Assembly (NCBI GenBank): GCA_965233175.1
Contig: CBDDRW010000099.1
Span: 1,121-65,120, forward strand
Direction of reading: 5' to 3'
Length of the DNA: 64,000 nucleotides
From: an uncultured bacterium
GTDB lineage: Bacteria > Nitrospirota > Nitrospiria > Nitrospirales > Nitrospiraceae
Both the position numbers and the translations under genes were made by a program. This document shows, piece by piece, positions 9,424-17,906 of this stretch (positions within the stretch are counted from its first letter, which is position 1; every line of letters begins with the position of its first letter). The notes under the pieces were generated by a model. That model did not search any database. It saw only the letters and a list, made by a program, of their open reading frames with translations, and was not told where the DNA came from.

Positions 9424-10197
9424 CTATTTGGTGGCTACATGGATCGCCACGATCCCGCCGCTCAGATTTCGATACATCACCTGACGATAGCCTACGTCGA
9501 GGAGCATCTGTTTCAAGCGTTCCTGATCCGGGAAGTTCCGAATGGAGGCCGGAAGATATTCGTACACGCCGGTCGTGTCATGCGCTACTTTTGTGCCGAC
9601 CCAGGGAAGAAGCCGGAACGAATACCAATCGTATAGAGCCCGCAGCCACCCAAAGATCGGTCGGGAAAACTCCAGGCACACAAACCGCCCGCCTGGTTGC
9701 AAAATTCGGTGAATATCCGTGAGCGCTTGCCGAAGATTACCCACATTCCTCATACAAAACCCTGTCGTCACAGCATGAAACGTCCCATCGGGAAATCCCA
9801 GATGTTCGGCATTGGCTTCGAGGCAGGTAATCTTCTGTCCCAGGCCCCGCACGGTGACTTTCTTCAGGCCTTCGACCAGCATGGCATGGTTCAGATCGGA
9901 GGCAATGACGCGGCCATTGGTCCCCATGCGCGGTTCGACCAACAGCGCGAGATCGGCTGTGCCGGATCCGACGTCGAGCGCCCTGCCTCCCGTAGTGACG
10001 GGTACATAGGAGGCGGTAATCTTCTTCCATCGGTAGTGGAGTCCAAAGCTCAGGAGCGTGTTGTTGAGGTCGTAGACGCTAGCGATCGACGTAAACATCC
10101 GCTGAACGGCTTGTTCACGGGCCGAGCCAGTCCAAGTCGAGACGGCTTGGGCCGGAGGCGTGGCTGATGAAACCGGGGGTTCTTCAAGCTTGAGCAT
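9424..10197 (-). CDS. ubiE: Demethylmenaquinone/ubiquinone C-methyltransferase
   Basis: UbiE signature YDLNNTLLSFGLHYRWKK; SAM motif ALDVGSGTADLA. Confidence 0.9.
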   Translation of the reverse strand: MLKLEEPPVSSATPPAQAVSTWTGSAREQAVQRMFTSIASVYDLNNTLLSFGLHYRWKKITASYVPVTTGGRALDVGSGTADLALLVEPRMGTNGRVIASDLNHAMLVEGLKKVTVRGLGQKITCLEANAEHLGFPDGTFHAVTTGFCMRNVGNLRQALTDIHRILQPGGRFVCLEFSRPIFGWLRALYDWYSFRLLPWVGTKVAHDTTGVYEYLPASIRNFPDQERLKQMLLDVGYRQVMYRNLSGGIVAIHVATK

Positions 10198-10301
10198 GCC
10201 GCGATGGTTGCACTCGCTTCAACGTGTTGTCAAGCATGGATTCGCCTGCCTAGAGTCGCCTGCCGCTTGGTGAATGTGAAGACCTCTGACAGGAAACATT
10301 C

Positions 10302-11717
10302 TTGGCGAATCAAAGGATGAAAATCCTTGTTACTGTTAGGAAAAACGATTATAGGTGCTTCCAGAATATGGCACGCAGATTTTTTCGCTCTTCCATACAA
10401 GAACTAGAAGCGTTGTGTAAGGAGAAACACAACAACGTCGATTTTCTTCTTGTGTTGGAAGAAGAGCTGAGCCATCGGAAAACTGAGCGTGCAGCAAGAT
10501 TACGCAATCAGATCAAGGAGAGACTTGCGGTATTGAGACCCGGAACACCCTCGCGAGAGCAGGTTTCTGCAGAACCACCGCCACCTCAATCATCTCAGCA
10601 TCAATCGGTTCCTCACCCGCACGAAAAGCAAGAGCCGTCCCACCCTCATCCGCTTCGCCCTGAGAATCCTGTTGTAGGCCTACCCTCCGGGGGTAAGGGA
10701 GAGCCTCCGCCGCTGCCACCAATTACTAACAGACCGGACGATGTTCTTTCGGCATGGACAGCACTGGAAGTCCTTTCGCCACCTACCTACGTCGGGTCCG
10801 AAGACTTAGCTGGAGGTGATAAGAGAAGAGTCTCCACTCTAAACGAGCAGTCTCTTCCGTGGGAGCGAGGTGAGAAGTCACGGCCGAATCAACGTCTTTA
10901 CTATCAGGTCGTTCTCGGCTCCATAAAAATGGGATCAGCGATAGGCCGTCTCATCGAACGATATGGTGACAGTCGCGAGGAGAGGCCAGGGGTTCGTGGG
11001 AAAGCGGTTCTTGCTATCATTGTGGTTAATCGCCAGGGCCAGCTCGTTGAGTCGCCAGCAGTTGGGATTTCTAGCTTCGGCTGGGGCGTAATGTCCGCGC
11101 TAAACGGCGAGTTGGCAGACCTTGGGCGATGGCCAGACGTTGAATCACCGTTGGTTGATCGAACCGAGAAGCTCCTTCTCGGAATAGTGCCGGGAGATGA
11201 AGACAGAGAGGAACATCGAGCACGTCCACTTACACGAGCGGCGCTGTTTGCCGCATACGAGGCACTTGTCCATGAACTGGGTTTGCCAAGGGAATGGGTC
11301 GAGCCAGCGGAGTTTGCAATTCGTTCATACGTCTATTTCAAAGATCCTAACCCACCAGAGCCTCTTTTACTCAATAGCTTCTTTCTCGCCGACCTCGCGC
11401 TCGCTCAAAAGCTATTCGCAGCAGGCAAAGCGCCACAGAATCTCCGACGTTATCTCGGCGTCGAACGTCCACAGCACCGTCGGGATTTGTTGCACGATAC
11501 CGCCGCATTGGCAGAAGCTGTTAGCCCAGGTTTCACCAATCCCTCACGCTGGCCTGGCATAGGCCGTTCCCCGCTAGTATTACTTCAGCAAGCAGCCGTC
11601 AACCTGTCATTCCGAGAAACGAAGACTGGTGGGTTGCTCGGTATCAATGGGCCACCTGGCACTGGAAAGACGACGTTGCTTCGAGATCTGGTTGCCGGAG
11701 TGGTTACTGAAAGCTGA
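10302..11717 (+). CDS. SF1 (Upf1/DNA2-like) helicase, N-terminal segment: unknown 450-aa region plus Walker A; ends at a frameshift
   Basis: The ORF ends 17 codons after GPPGTGKTTLL, so a Walker A motif has no helicase core behind it in this frame. TTG start per ORF track; ATG alternatives at 10317 and 10368. Confidence 0.75.
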   Translation: MANQRMKILVTVRKNDYRCFQNMARRFFRSSIQELEALCKEKHNNVDFLLVLEEELSHRKTERAARLRNQIKERLAVLRPGTPSREQVSAEPPPPQSSQHQSVPHPHEKQEPSHPHPLRPENPVVGLPSGGKGEPPPLPPITNRPDDVLSAWTALEVLSPPTYVGSEDLAGGDKRRVSTLNEQSLPWERGEKSRPNQRLYYQVVLGSIKMGSAIGRLIERYGDSREERPGVRGKAVLAIIVVNRQGQLVESPAVGISSFGWGVMSALNGELADLGRWPDVESPLVDRTEKLLLGIVPGDEDREEHRARPLTRAALFAAYEALVHELGLPREWVEPAEFAIRSYVYFKDPNPPEPLLLNSFFLADLALAQKLFAAGKAPQNLRRYLGVERPQHRRDLLHDTAALAEAVSPGFTNPSRWPGIGRSPLVLLQQAAVNLSFRETKTGGLLGINGPPGTGKTTLLRDLVAGVVTES

Positions 11718-13902
11718 AGTAATGGCTAAATTCGACGATCCAGAGACTGCATTCGAGCATTCTGGAGAAAAACTCAAGGCTGGTGCGAGCTGGATTCATC
11801 TCTATCGGCTGAATCCAACATTGCGTGGGTTCGAGATGGTCGTGGCATCATCAAACAACAAAGCTGTCGAGAACGTGAGCGCAGAGCTTCCGAGCCTTAG
11901 TGCCATTGCAAATGACGCCCAGGAGCTGCGCTACTTCAAGACGCTGTCTGACGCAATGCATCAATCTGATACCTGGGGAGCTATTGCCGCTGTATTAGGC
12001 AATATGCAGAATCGCAGCCGATTCAAGCAGGTCTTTTGGTGGGACGACGACAACGGACTTAGCAACTACTTACGAGCTGCAACGGGTTCAGCCAAAGACA
12101 TAGAAATAACCGATCCAGAAACAGGGCATGTCGATCATCGAACACCACGCATTGTCGAAGCAGAACAGCCTCCATCTAGCCGAGAGGAAGCCCTCGAACG
12201 GTGGAAGAGCACCCGGAAGCGATTTCTGAAGGCGTTGGGCGAAAGCCGCCGCCAGCAAACATGGTTAGAGGGCCTTTACGCCGAGTTAAAACGAGTGCCT
12301 GAGTTGGCTCAGGGGGAAGCGAGCACCAAAGCGCAATTTGATGCTGCAATAAAAACCGTCCAACAACACAAAGATGCGGAATCGATAGCGCAGCAGGCAG
12401 AAACCGAAGCAGGGCATCAGCTTGAATATACAGACCAAGAGCTTCGCGCGCATGGCTTGGCAAAGCCGGGATTTTGTGCGCGATTGTTCAGAACACGCCT
12501 TGCACGCGAATGGTCAGACAAGTTGACATCTCTTCGCGCCAATCATCGCGGAGCGAAGATGCAACACACAAAAACAACTGCGGAGCGCCAGCGCATCAAA
12601 GATGAACTCCGTCCGGCGGTGCTCGAACAACAGAACGCCGAAACTGCCTGGCAAGCGGCTTGCGCACAACATCAGCAGGCGAAGCAACGACTTGTTGAGG
12701 CTCAGGAGCAGGGGGTTATCCTTGCAGATGATGCGTTCTTCTCGGCAGAGCACGGCAAGCGGCACCAAGTAACACCGTGGTTTTCTCCATCTGCCCAACG
12801 CCTGCGTGACGAGGTTTTCATTTCCGCGATGGCGATGCACCGTGCTTTTATTGACGCAGCTGCCAAGCCCTTGCGTCACAACCTCGGAGCCTTGATGAAT
12901 GTGTTCACGACACAGACGCTGCAAGGCCATGAGAAACAGGCGTTGCTACCGGATTTGTGGGCCTCACTTTTCCTTGTGGTGCCATTGATCTCAACTACAT
13001 TTGCATCTGTCAACCGAATGCTAGGCAAGTTGCCACCTGAAAGTCTCGGCTGGTTGTTTGTGGATGAGGCTGGCCAAGCATTGCCGCAAGCTGCGGTTGG
13101 CGCACTCTTGCGAACTCGCCGAGCCGTTGTTGTTGGCGACCCTGTTCAGATTGAGCCAGTGGTTGCGCTTCCTGATACATTGACACAGGCCGTCTGTCGC
13201 CGCTTTGGTGTAGACCCTGACCACTATTCGGCCCCATCAGCTTCAGCACAAGCCCTCGCTGACTCTGCGTCCTCCTACACCACTGAGTTCCAAACCCATG
13301 TCGGCAGTCGGAATGTCGGTGTGCCGTTGTTAGTACATCGCCGATGTTCAGAACCGATGTTCAGTATCTCCAACACGATAGCTTACTCCGGGCTGATGGT
13401 GTCTGCAAAATTGTCGAAGCCATCTGCCATTCGTGATGTGCTTGGTCCCTCTGCATGGATTCACGTCGAAGGCAGCGGTGAGGATAAGTGGTGCCGAGAG
13501 GAAGGCGACGAAGTTCTGCGCATGCTCCATCAATTAAAGCAAATGGGTGTAAAACCAGACCTATATGTCATCACACCTTTCGTCATTGTCGCAGACCGAT
13601 TACGCCAAACGATACGTGAGAGTGATGTGCTCGGAGGATGGGTCAGTGATGATGAATGGCACTGGATCAACGAGCGAATTGGTACCGTGCATACCGCACA
13701 AGGACGTGAAGCTGAAGCGGTCATTCTTGTACTAGGAGCACCGCACCCAACACAAACCGGCGCTCGTGGTTGGGCTGGTGGCCGGCCGAATTTACTGAAC
13801 GTAGCCGTCACACGCGCAAAGGAAACTATTTACGTTGTCGGCAACCGGCAGCTTTGGCGTGAGGCCGGTTTATTCAGAGAACTTTATAGGCGGCTTCCAT
13901 GA
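11713..13902 (+). CDS. SF1 (Upf1/DNA2-like) helicase, C-terminal segment: motifs Ia to VI
   Basis: VASSNNKAVENV (Ia), FVDEAGQA (II), VVGDPVQIEP (III), TVHTAQGREAEAVI (V), NVAVTRAKETIYVVG (VI). The frame continues from the previous ORF if one A of the run at 11710-11712 is removed. Confidence 0.88.
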   Translation, partial: AEVMAKFDDPETAFEHSGEKLKAGASWIHLYRLNPTLRGFEMVVASSNNKAVENVSAELPSLSAIANDAQELRYFKTLSDAMHQSDTWGAIAAVLGNMQNRSRFKQVFWWDDDNGLSNYLRAATGSAKDIEITDPETGHVDHRTPRIVEAEQPPSSREEALERWKSTRKRFLKALGESRRQQTWLEGLYAELKRVPELAQGEASTKAQFDAAIKTVQQHKDAESIAQQAETEAGHQLEYTDQELRAHGLAKPGFCARLFRTRLAREWSDKLTSLRANHRGAKMQHTKTTAERQRIKDELRPAVLEQQNAETAWQAACAQHQQAKQRLVEAQEQGVILADDAFFSAEHGKRHQVTPWFSPSAQRLRDEVFISAMAMHRAFIDAAAKPLRHNLGALMNVFTTQTLQGHEKQALLPDLWASLFLVVPLISTTFASVNRMLGKLPPESLGWLFVDEAGQALPQAAVGALLRTRRAVVVGDPVQIEPVVALPDTLTQAVCRRFGVDPDHYSAPSASAQALADSASSYTTEFQTHVGSRNVGVPLLVHRRCSEPMFSISNTIAYSGLMVSAKLSKPSAIRDVLGPSAWIHVEGSGEDKWCREEGDEVLRMLHQLKQMGVKPDLYVITPFVIVADRLRQTIRESDVLGGWVSDDEWHWINERIGTVHTAQGREAEAVILVLGAPHPTQTGARGWAGGRPNLLNVAVTRAKETIYVVGNRQLWREAGLFRELYRRLP

Positions 13903-13992
13903 AGCAAATTCCTGTGAACGCGGATTGCTCGGTCAGAGTTAAACTGAGACCCACGTGACTTCTGTACACCCACTGTAGTCTAAGCCCCATGT

Positions 13993-13998
13993 TATAAT
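13993..13998 (+). promoter_or_regulatory. Candidate -10 box (TATAAT) inside a conserved 17-mer CATGTTATAATCCCGCC
   Basis: Perfect TATAAT lies 79 nt upstream of the ATG at 14077. The same 17-mer (16/17 identical) recurs at 15088-15104. Confidence 0.4.
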
Positions 13999-14076
13999 CC
14001 CGCCCGTCCGCGAGACTGATTTGAGAGTGCCCTAGATCTAAACGGACCCTAATAGGCTGAGCAAGGAGGTAGTTCC

Positions 14077-14994
14077 ATGTTTGGTTCCCTCGCGATTGAA
14101 ATTTCGATCAGCCTTTCGCTGCTTTATCTCTTGTTAGGGTTGATGTGCTCCGTTCTGAACGAATGGGTGGCCGGTGTCCTGAATATGCGAGCGAAGAATC
14201 TCTGGGACGGTGTGCGGAATTTATTGTATGACTCGGAGGGAACAGGACTGGCCAAACAGTTGTACGACCATGCTCTGGTCAAGAATTTGGGAAAAGCCGG
14301 CGCGCTCCCCTCGTATGTTCCTTCTCGGAACTTCGCGTTAGCACTGTTCGACCTGGTTGCCCCGGTGAAGGACTCGACAACCACGAGAACGATACAGGAT
14401 ATTCGGAATGCGATCGCCGATATTCCAAATCCACAAGTCAAAAGCGCACTGGTCGCCTTGATTGACGAAGCTGGAGACGACCTCAAAAAGGCGCGGGAGA
14501 ACGTGGAGCGATGGTATGACGACGCAATGGATCGTGTGTCCGGGTGGTATAAGAGAAAAACCCAGGTCTTCATCCTGCTATGGGCACTCGCGGTGACCTT
14601 GTCGGTTAATGCCGATACGATCTTAATCGCGAATACGCTCGCTCATGACGCCACATTGCGCGCGTCATTGGTTGCAATGGCAGAGGCGACGGCCAAAGAG
14701 CCGCTGCCTCAGGATGCTAAGGGAACGACGGAACGAGTCCAGCAGATGTCTTCCGAGATTAAGAAATTGGGGCTTCCAATTGGATGGTCCTCTGACGCCA
14801 AAGACCCGACGTCTGTTCCTGCTGGGATCGGAGGGTGGGCACTCAAGATTATCGGTCTATCGCTTACGGCGATTGCTGTTTCTCTTGGGGCCCCATTTTG
14901 GTTCGATGTCTTGAATAAACTGATCAATATTCGTTCTGCCGGCAAACAGCCGGAGAAAGCGCATCACGAAAAAGACCCGGCCAGTAATAAATAG
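14077..14994 (+). CDS. Integral membrane protein, function unknown
   Basis: Strong SD (AAGGAGG) 7 nt upstream. TM segments lie at the N-terminus, at about aa 165-190 and about aa 255-285 (GAPFWFDVLNKL). Confidence 0.65.
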   Translation: MFGSLAIEISISLSLLYLLLGLMCSVLNEWVAGVLNMRAKNLWDGVRNLLYDSEGTGLAKQLYDHALVKNLGKAGALPSYVPSRNFALALFDLVAPVKDSTTTRTIQDIRNAIADIPNPQVKSALVALIDEAGDDLKKARENVERWYDDAMDRVSGWYKRKTQVFILLWALAVTLSVNADTILIANTLAHDATLRASLVAMAEATAKEPLPQDAKGTTERVQQMSSEIKKLGLPIGWSSDAKDPTSVPAGIGGWALKIIGLSLTAIAVSLGAPFWFDVLNKLINIRSAGKQPEKAHHEKDPASNK

Positions 14995-15092
14995 TTCACG
15001 AGTTAGAAACTTTTTCGCCATAAGACTGCGAATAACGCCTCTTTATCCAAAGTTCATTTTGGTGTGTCCTCCGCTCCTAGATTCTCACATGC

Positions 15093-15098
15093 TATAAT
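15093..15098 (+). promoter_or_regulatory. Candidate -10 box (TATAAT) 10 nt upstream of the uvrA ATG
   Basis: CATGCTATAATCCCGCC at 15088-15104; the ATG at 15109 begins [15 protein letters not shown]. Confidence 0.4.
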
Positions 15099-15108
15099 CC
15101 CGCCTCTG

Positions 15109-17616
15109 ATGCAGAACTCGATCGTCATTAAAGGGGCACGGGAGCACAATCTCAAGAATATCGACGTCACGATCCCGCGTGACCGGCTCGTCGTGATCAC
15201 AGGGCTGAGCGGGTCAGGCAAGTCCTCGCTGGCCTTCGACACGATCTATGCCGAGGGGCAGCGGCGGTATGTCGAGTCGCTCTCAGCCTATGCTCGTCAG
15301 TTCCTTGAACAGATGGGCAAGCCCGACGTCGATTCGATCGAAGGTCTCTCGCCCGCTATTTCCATCGAACAAAAGAGCACCAGCCACAATCCCAGGTCCA
15401 CGGTCGGTACCGTCACAGAAATTTACGACTATCTCCGTCTCCTGTTTGCCCGGGTTGGGCGACCCTCTTGCTTTCAGTGCGGCGAGGACATCACCGCGCA
15501 GACCGTGCAGCAGATGGTCGATGCCATCGGCTTGCTGCCGGAAGGAAGCAAATTTCAGCTCGTAGCTCCAATCGTTCGAGGCAGGAAAGGGGAGTACCGA
15601 AAAGAATTGCTCGACATGCGACGGGCCGGCTACGTCCGGGCGAGGGTCGATGGTCAGCTGGTGGACTTGGGCGAGGAACTCGCGCTCGATAAACAGAAAA
15701 AACACACGATCGAGATCGTCGTCGATCGATTGGTGATGAAACCCAGCGAAGCGTTGACGCGCCGGCTGGCCGATTCGGTAGAGAGCTCGCTGAAACTCGC
15801 CGGCGGGCTTGTCGGAGTGCTGACGGACAACGGGAAAATGTCACTGTATAGCGAACGATTAGCCTGCATCCGCTGCGGCGTCAGTTACCCGGAAATCACT
15901 CCGCGCGTCTTTTCGTTCAACAGCCCGCACGGAGCCTGTCCTGCTTGCGACGGCATCGGCTACGCCATGACGCCCGGCTCTGCGGACGATGAAGACTTCA
16001 CGTTGTTGGAACCCTGCGAGGTGTGCAAGGGTGCGCGGCTGCGGCCTGAAAGCCTATCGGTCAAGATATCAAAACAGTCGATTGCGGAGGTGACGCATCT
16101 CTCCGTGCGAGCCGCCGCCGACTTCTTCGCATCGTTGAAATTCACCGAGCGCGAATTGACGATTGCCCATCGCATTTTGAAAGAAATTCGCGAACGGCTT
16201 GGGTTTCTCGTCAACGTCGGGCTGGACTACCTGACCTTGGATCGTGCGGCCGCCACCTTGTCCGGTGGAGAAGGGCAACGCATCAGGCTCGCCACGCAAA
16301 TAGGATCCGGTCTTGTCGGCGTCCTCTACATCCTGGATGAGCCTTCAATCGGTCTGCATCAACGGGATAATCGGCGCCTGCTCCAGACCTTGCTGCGCCT
16401 GCGCGACTTGGGCAACACGGTGGTCGTGGTCGAGCACGATGCTGAAACGATGATGGCGGCGGACCATCTGCTGGATATGGGGCCGGGAGCCGGGACCCAC
16501 GGAGGCCAGGTCATTGCCCAGGGCACGCCGACCGATGTCATGGGGAATCTCGATTCGCTGACAGGCCAATATCTCAGAGGCACGCAGATGGTCAGCCTGC
16601 CTCGCCGCCAGCGAAAGGCTAAGGGGCTGCTGTCCATTGTGGGGGCGAAGAAACACAACCTCAAAGGGATGACCGCCAAGATTCCGCTCGGCCTGCTCAC
16701 CTGTGTGACCGGGGTGTCCGGGTCCGGAAAGAGTACGCTGGTGCTCGAAGTGCTGTTTCATTCCCTCTCCCAGTTGCTCTATCACAAAAAACCAAAGATC
16801 GACGGCTGCAAGGAGCTGCTGGGCGCCGACGCGCTGGATAAAGTGATCGACATCGACCAGTCCCCGATCGGCCGAACTCCGCGGTCGAATCCGGCGACCT
16901 ATACCGGTCTCTTCAGTTTTATCCGGGATCTGTATTCCAATCTGCCTGAGTCCCGCGTGCGGGGCTATAAACCAGGCCGCTATAGTTTCAATGTGAAGGG
17001 TGGACGCTGCGAAGCCTGCCAGGGCGATGGGTTGATCAAGATCGAAATGCATTTCCTGCCGGATGTCTACGTGACCTGTGAGGTCTGCAAGGGACAACGG
17101 TACAACCGAGAGACGATGGAGATTCACCATAAAGGAAAAAGCATCGCCGACGTGTTGAATATGACGGTGGACGACGCCGTCGAGTTCTTCGAGCATATCC
17201 CGTTCATCAAGCGAAAGCTCGACACCTTGCACGATGTCGGGTTGCACTACGTGAAACTCGGCCAATCAGCCACGACGCTGTCCGGGGGCGAGGCGCAACG
17301 AGTCAAACTCTCACGCGAACTGTCGAAGCGTCCGACCGGTCGCACGATGTACATCTTGGATGAGCCGACGACCGGGCTTCACTTTGCCGATGTGCAACGG
17401 TTGCTGGATGTGCTGGATCGGTTAGTCGAAACCGGCAACACCGTGGTCGTGATCGAACACAATCTCGATGTGATCAAGAACGCCGATTGGATTATCGATC
17501 TCGGGCCGGAAGGCGGCGAGCGCGGCGGTGAGATCGTGGCCGAAGGGCCACCCAAGGAAATCGCTAAATCGAAGCGGTCGTATACAGGGCAGGTGTTGAA
17601 AGAAGCAGGGGTATGA
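15109..17616 (+). CDS. uvrA: Excinuclease ABC subunit A, a variant lacking the insertion domain
   Basis: [34 protein letters not shown]; two ABC modules ([24 protein letters not shown]). 835 aa from the Met at 15109. Confidence 0.95.
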   Translation: MQNSIVIKGAREHNLKNIDVTIPRDRLVVITGLSGSGKSSLAFDTIYAEGQRRYVESLSAYARQFLEQMGKPDVDSIEGLSPAISIEQKSTSHNPRSTVGTVTEIYDYLRLLFARVGRPSCFQCGEDITAQTVQQMVDAIGLLPEGSKFQLVAPIVRGRKGEYRKELLDMRRAGYVRARVDGQLVDLGEELALDKQKKHTIEIVVDRLVMKPSEALTRRLADSVESSLKLAGGLVGVLTDNGKMSLYSERLACIRCGVSYPEITPRVFSFNSPHGACPACDGIGYAMTPGSADDEDFTLLEPCEVCKGARLRPESLSVKISKQSIAEVTHLSVRAAADFFASLKFTERELTIAHRILKEIRERLGFLVNVGLDYLTLDRAAATLSGGEGQRIRLATQIGSGLVGVLYILDEPSIGLHQRDNRRLLQTLLRLRDLGNTVVVVEHDAETMMAADHLLDMGPGAGTHGGQVIAQGTPTDVMGNLDSLTGQYLRGTQMVSLPRRQRKAKGLLSIVGAKKHNLKGMTAKIPLGLLTCVTGVSGSGKSTLVLEVLFHSLSQLLYHKKPKIDGCKELLGADALDKVIDIDQSPIGRTPRSNPATYTGLFSFIRDLYSNLPESRVRGYKPGRYSFNVKGGRCEACQGDGLIKIEMHFLPDVYVTCEVCKGQRYNRETMEIHHKGKSIADVLNMTVDDAVEFFEHIPFIKRKLDTLHDVGLHYVKLGQSATTLSGGEAQRVKLSRELSKRPTGRTMYILDEPTTGLHFADVQRLLDVLDRLVETGNTVVVIEHNLDVIKNADWIIDLGPEGGERGGEIVAEGPPKEIAKSKRSYTGQVLKEAGV

Positions 17617-17623
17617 GCGGGGT

Positions 17624-17806
17624 GGAAGGGTGGATCTTTCGGGAGTCGGTATAATGCGTTGGAGAGGGACTGCCAATCTCCCCTTACTGCAAACCGCGTG
17701 CTCCTCTGAAGCGCGACCGAGGGTCGCATGCCGTCGCACAGCGGCACTTCTCTGGCTGTCATCTTCCTGTGCCTGCTATGCCGACTCCCGAAAGATCCAC
17801 CCTTCC
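17624..17806. repeat. 183-bp element bounded by perfect 26-bp inverted repeats (MITE-like or structured RNA)
   Basis: GGAAGGGTGGATCTTTCGGGAGTCGG at 17624-17649 is the exact reverse complement of 17781-17806. Confidence 0.9.
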
Positions 17807-17906
17807 ATCCCGCAAGAAGGAATGGGCGAAAGTGACTGACGGCGCAAATTGCCATCAGCCGCTTTCCGTTTTATTCGGAGAATAAAGTGACTCATTTGAA
17901 ATTGTT

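Noticed and set aside
11629-11712. N-terminal 28 codons of ORF 11629..13902 (MGCSVSMGHLALERRRCFEIWLPEWLLK)
   Set aside because: This stretch overlaps the Walker A region read in the other frame. It is an out-of-frame artefact rather than a real N-terminus.
10198-15063. Calling the helicase region a defined genomic island or mobile element
   Set aside because: No integrase, transposase, tRNA or clear att-like flanking repeats are visible. Only compositional impression and gene context support acquisition, so no mobile_element feature is reported.
15064-15108. GTG-initiated 15-codon extension of uvrA
   Set aside because: The conserved UvrA N-terminus starts at [15 protein letters not shown]. 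The extension contains the TATAAT-bearing 17-mer and is more likely promoter DNA.
16345-17265. 306-aa minus-strand ORF
   Set aside because: It lies entirely inside uvrA on the opposite strand, so it is a shadow ORF.
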